Part shown: piece after piece, positions 30,085-32,000 of the stretch
How positions within the stretch are numbered: the first letter of the stretch is position 1
Layout: each line of letters begins with the position of its first letter
Assembly: GCF_000025125.1 (NCBI RefSeq)
Contig: NC_013771.1
Coordinates: 240,001 to 272,000 of the forward strand
Direction of reading: 5' to 3'
DNA length: 32,000 nucleotides
Source of the DNA: Candidatus Atelocyanobacterium thalassa isolate ALOHA
Lineage (GTDB): Bacteria; Cyanobacteriota; Cyanobacteriia; Cyanobacteriales; Microcystaceae
Made by a program: the position numbers and the translations under genes
The notes under the pieces: model-generated
The model's database searches: none
What the model saw: the letters and a program-made list of their open reading frames with translations, nothing else
What the model was told of the DNA's origin: nothing

Positions 30085-30480
30085 CTATTTAATAGTTACC
30101 TTAGCTCCAGCATCTTCAAGCTGTTTCTTGATACTTTCGGCGTCATCTTTTGTAGTTCCTTCTTTAAGGGACTTAGGAGTTGATTCAACAAGATCTTTTG
30201 CTTCTTTAAGTCCTAATCCAGTTATGGTACGGACAACTTTAAGAATAGCTATTTTTTTGTCGCTAGGGAATTCTTCAAGAATAACATCAAATTCTGTTTT
30301 TTCTTCTGCAGCTTCTCCAGCACCTGCTGCAGCTGCTACTGGAGCTCCCATCATCATTCCTCCTACAGGTGCAGAAGCACTTACATCAAATACTTCTTCA
30401 ATCTGCTTAACAAGTTCAGACGCTTCTAAAAGACTTAAGGATTTAAGTTTTTCGATGATTTCATCAGTTATATTAGACAT
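30085..30480 (-). CDS. rplL: 50S ribosomal protein L7/L12
   Basis: 131 aa. It has an N-terminal dimerisation helix, an Ala/Gly-rich hinge and a C-terminal domain ...[10 protein letters not shown]...[15 protein letters not shown] is present. Confidence 0.97.
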   Translation of the reverse strand: MSNITDEIIEKLKSLSLLEASELVKQIEEVFDVSASAPVGGMMMGAPVAAAAGAGEAAEEKTEFDVILEEFPSDKKIAILKVVRTITGLGLKEAKDLVESTPKSLKEGTTKDDAESIKKQLEDAGAKVTIK

Positions 30481-30542
30481 TGTTTAACTCCTAAATATTG
30501 TAAAAAAGTTGAATAAGTAAACCAGTTAATAATTAAAATTTA

Positions 30543-31103
30543 TTAACTTTCTTTTTTTGCTGCAACAGCAGCAAACGCACGACCTAAGGAATTTGGTATC
30601 TCATTAACACCTCTACCTAAAGAAGTCGGTACTTGATTGATTCCAATGGCAATTTTAGCAGTAATGGAATTGATCAATCCTGCTGCTTGCCCTATAAGCT
30701 CTTCTTTAGAAGGCAAGTCAGCAATTGCTTTGACTTGTTCTTCGTTTAGAGTCTGCCCTTGCATTACACCACCACGAAAAGCAGTTTTTTTAGTTTCTTT
30801 TTTAAAAGCTTGATAGGCTTTAATTGCACCACCTAAATCTTCTTTCACTAAGATAAAAGCCGATGATCCATTCAGAAAACTAGTTATTGGTTTCCATTTC
30901 TCACTACCAATTACTGCTTTTTCCATGAAAGTGTTTTTGGTTACCTTACAGATCGCTCCGCTTGAACGTAAACGATTCCGTAGGTCAGTTATTTCTGCAA
31001 CAGTTAAACCTTGATAATCAATGACGAAACTTAATTCTGCTTCATCAAGTAATTCCTTCAAGTTAGAAATAACCATTGCTTTGTTTTCTTTTGTTCTTCC
31101 CAT
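30543..31103 (-). CDS. rplJ: 50S ribosomal protein L10
   Basis: The true start is taken as ATG at cat 31101-31103 (MGRTKENKAMVISNLKELL...), giving 186 aa. It is preceded by AAGGAGGTGA at ideal spacing. The track's 211-aa version (start 31178) runs through the leader and has no SD. Confidence 0.93.
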   Translation of the reverse strand: MGRTKENKAMVISNLKELLDEAELSFVIDYQGLTVAEITDLRNRLRSSGAICKVTKNTFMEKAVIGSEKWKPITSFLNGSSAFILVKEDLGGAIKAYQAFKKETKKTAFRGGVMQGQTLNEEQVKAIADLPSKEELIGQAAGLINSITAKIAIGINQVPTSLGRGVNEIPNSLGRAFAAVAAKKES

Positions 31104-31293
31104 TATATTCTCACCTCCTTTATTTTTTGGGAAAAAATAAGCCCTAGCATTCTGCCGGGCTGGAGGGTCAAACTTCATAATAATAAAAATTTATTAAGCT
31201 TGATCCTTCAGGTTTTACCTCGGCAGGATTATTATGCTATTTGCACCTGCTGTCTTTGATATTAACCAAAGTCTAATTTTCAATTTTAAGATT
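31104..31293 (-). promoter_or_regulatory. rplJ 5' leader (candidate L10-leader-type autoregulatory/attenuator RNA)
   Basis: This is a 190-nt non-coding gap between rplA and rplJ. The minus-strand RNA has hairpin GCAGG-N18-CCUGC. It also has AGCCC-N12-GGGCU followed by UAUUUUUU about 25 nt before the SD. Possible alternative pairing is CUGCCG/CGGCAG. The class assignment rests on position and established L10(L12)4 autoregulation, not on a covariance-model match. Confidence 0.4.
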
Positions 31294-32000
31294 TTAGATA
31301 TCTTCTAACTTCAAATCTCGCAAGGCATTGATATCTATTTGAATAGATGGGCCCATAGATGCAGAAACATATACACTACGCCAGTAACGTCCTTTCGCTC
31401 CGGAAGGTCTTTGTTTATCGACGGTATCCTGTAAAGCTTTTAGGTTAACTAATAAGTCTTTAGGTGAAAAGGATGCCTTGCCAAATATAACATGAACGAT
31501 GCCAGTACGATCAGCACGAAATTCCAACTTACCTGATTTAAATTCAGAAATTGCTTTTCCCAAATCAGAGGTAACAGTTCCTCCTTTTGGCGAGGGCATT
31601 AGACCACGAGGTCCAAGTGCACGACCAAGTTTTGCAACTTTAGGCATCATATCAGGAGTGGCTATTAAGACCTCAAAATCCATCATACCTTTCTGGATTT
31701 CCTCAATAAGTTCTTCTGAACCTACTATATCTGCTCCAGCATTGCTTGCTTCTTGGACTTTTTCGCCTTTCGCTATAACAGCTACTCGGATCGATTGGCC
31801 CGTACCATTGGGTAAAGAGACAGTTGTTCTTAACTGTTGATCAGTATACTTAGGATCAATTCCTAAACGTATATGAGCTTCTGCTGATTCATTAAATTTA
31901 GCAGTAGCAGTTTCTTTTAACAATTCTAAAGCTTCAATAGGTTGATAAGCTTTTTTTTGATCAATCTTAGCTAACGCTTCTTTAATACGTTTTGAAAGTT
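31294..32000 (-). CDS. rplA: 50S ribosomal protein L1 (partial; N-terminus lies beyond the right edge)
   Basis: The track shows 209 aa from an internal Met. The reading frame stays open upstream to the window edge (..[57 protein letters not shown]..), matching the canonical L1 N-terminal region. Confidence 0.95.
   Translation of the reverse strand, partial: LSKRIKEALAKIDQKKAYQPIEALELLKETATAKFNESAEAHIRLGIDPKYTDQQLRTTVSLPNGTGQSIRVAVIAKGEKVQEASNAGADIVGSEELIEEIQKGMMDFEVLIATPDMMPKVAKLGRALGPRGLMPSPKGGTVTSDLGKAISEFKSGKLEFRADRTGIVHVIFGKASFSPKDLLVNLKALQDTVDKQRPSGAKGRYWRSVYVSASMGPSIQIDINALRDLKLEDI

Noticed and set aside
30128-30487. 119-aa ORF antisense to rplL. Similar antisense ORFs lie at 31499-31840 (rplA), 24655-24876 and 25489-25716 (porin), 14716-14982 (typA), 12499-12684 and 12702-12911 (petE), 6723-6938 (sds), 5605-5838 (dnaE), 1484-1708 (PBP), 17310-17546 and 17688-17924 (lgt), 18243-18482 (HD protein), 21833-22087 (DegT), 27028-27216 (folC), and 24012-24200 and 9648-9836 (gene edges/intergenic).
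   Set aside because: All lie opposite, or at the edges of, strongly supported conserved genes. They have no recognisable motifs or RBS. They are typical shadow ORFs.
31104-31178. 25-codon N-terminal extension of rplJ in the ORF track (MKFDPPARQNARAYFFPKNKGGENI)
   Set aside because: The canonical L10 N-terminus (MGRTKENK...) begins at 31103, directly after AAGGAGGTGA. The extension crosses a structured leader and has no RBS.
1-32000. Search for CRISPR arrays, transposases/integrases, prophage, toxin-antitoxin or defence-island genes, and for frameshifted or truncated genes
   Set aside because: None were found. Every ORF of at least 100 aa is assigned to a housekeeping family at normal length. 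There are no regularly spaced direct repeats. The tRNA-Gly flanks carry no integrase or attachment-like duplication.

Overview
This window reads as an ordinary, gene-dense core-chromosome segment of a visibly AT-rich cyanobacterium; G+C was not computed. I found no previously undescribed system in it.

Lineage markers:
- plastocyanin (petE)
- the System II cytochrome c biogenesis pair ccdA-ccs1
- solanesyl-diphosphate synthase
- an SLH/OprB-type outer-membrane porin
- the naturally split DnaE N-half carrying a DnaE-type N-intein
- a one-piece tmRNA whose tag begins ANNIV

Together these point to a unicellular Synechocystis/Cyanothece/Crocosphaera-like lineage, or a reduced-genome relative, rather than the Prochlorococcus/marine Synechococcus clade. 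The exact organism cannot be determined from the sequence alone.

I support 23 protein-coding genes, two of them truncated by the window edges:
- membrane protein (partial)
- class A PBP
- dnaE-N plus intein
- sds, murI
- CPA2 antiporter
- glk, proB, petE, typA, hemB, lgt
- PgpH-like 7TM-HD hydrolase
- SLH lipoprotein
- DegT-family aminotransferase
- cysK
- SLH porin
- folC, ccdA, ccs1
- rplL, rplJ, rplA (partial)

Two RNA genes are absent from the ORF track: tmRNA/ssrA on the minus strand and tRNA-Gly(UCC). There are also several long hairpin terminators, two near-consensus promoters and an rplJ leader.

I see no transposase, integrase, CRISPR array, phage, toxin-antitoxin or defence genes. 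All ORFs have lengths normal for their families.

The most follow-up-worthy observation is a shared 12-mer, GGTGTGAGGAAA. It sits on the translation-initiation regions of both the porin and the PBP gene, and it contains a 9-nt perfect complement to the conserved loop of the cyanobacterial sRNA Yfr1. The other findings are moderate to low interest and mostly annotation-level.
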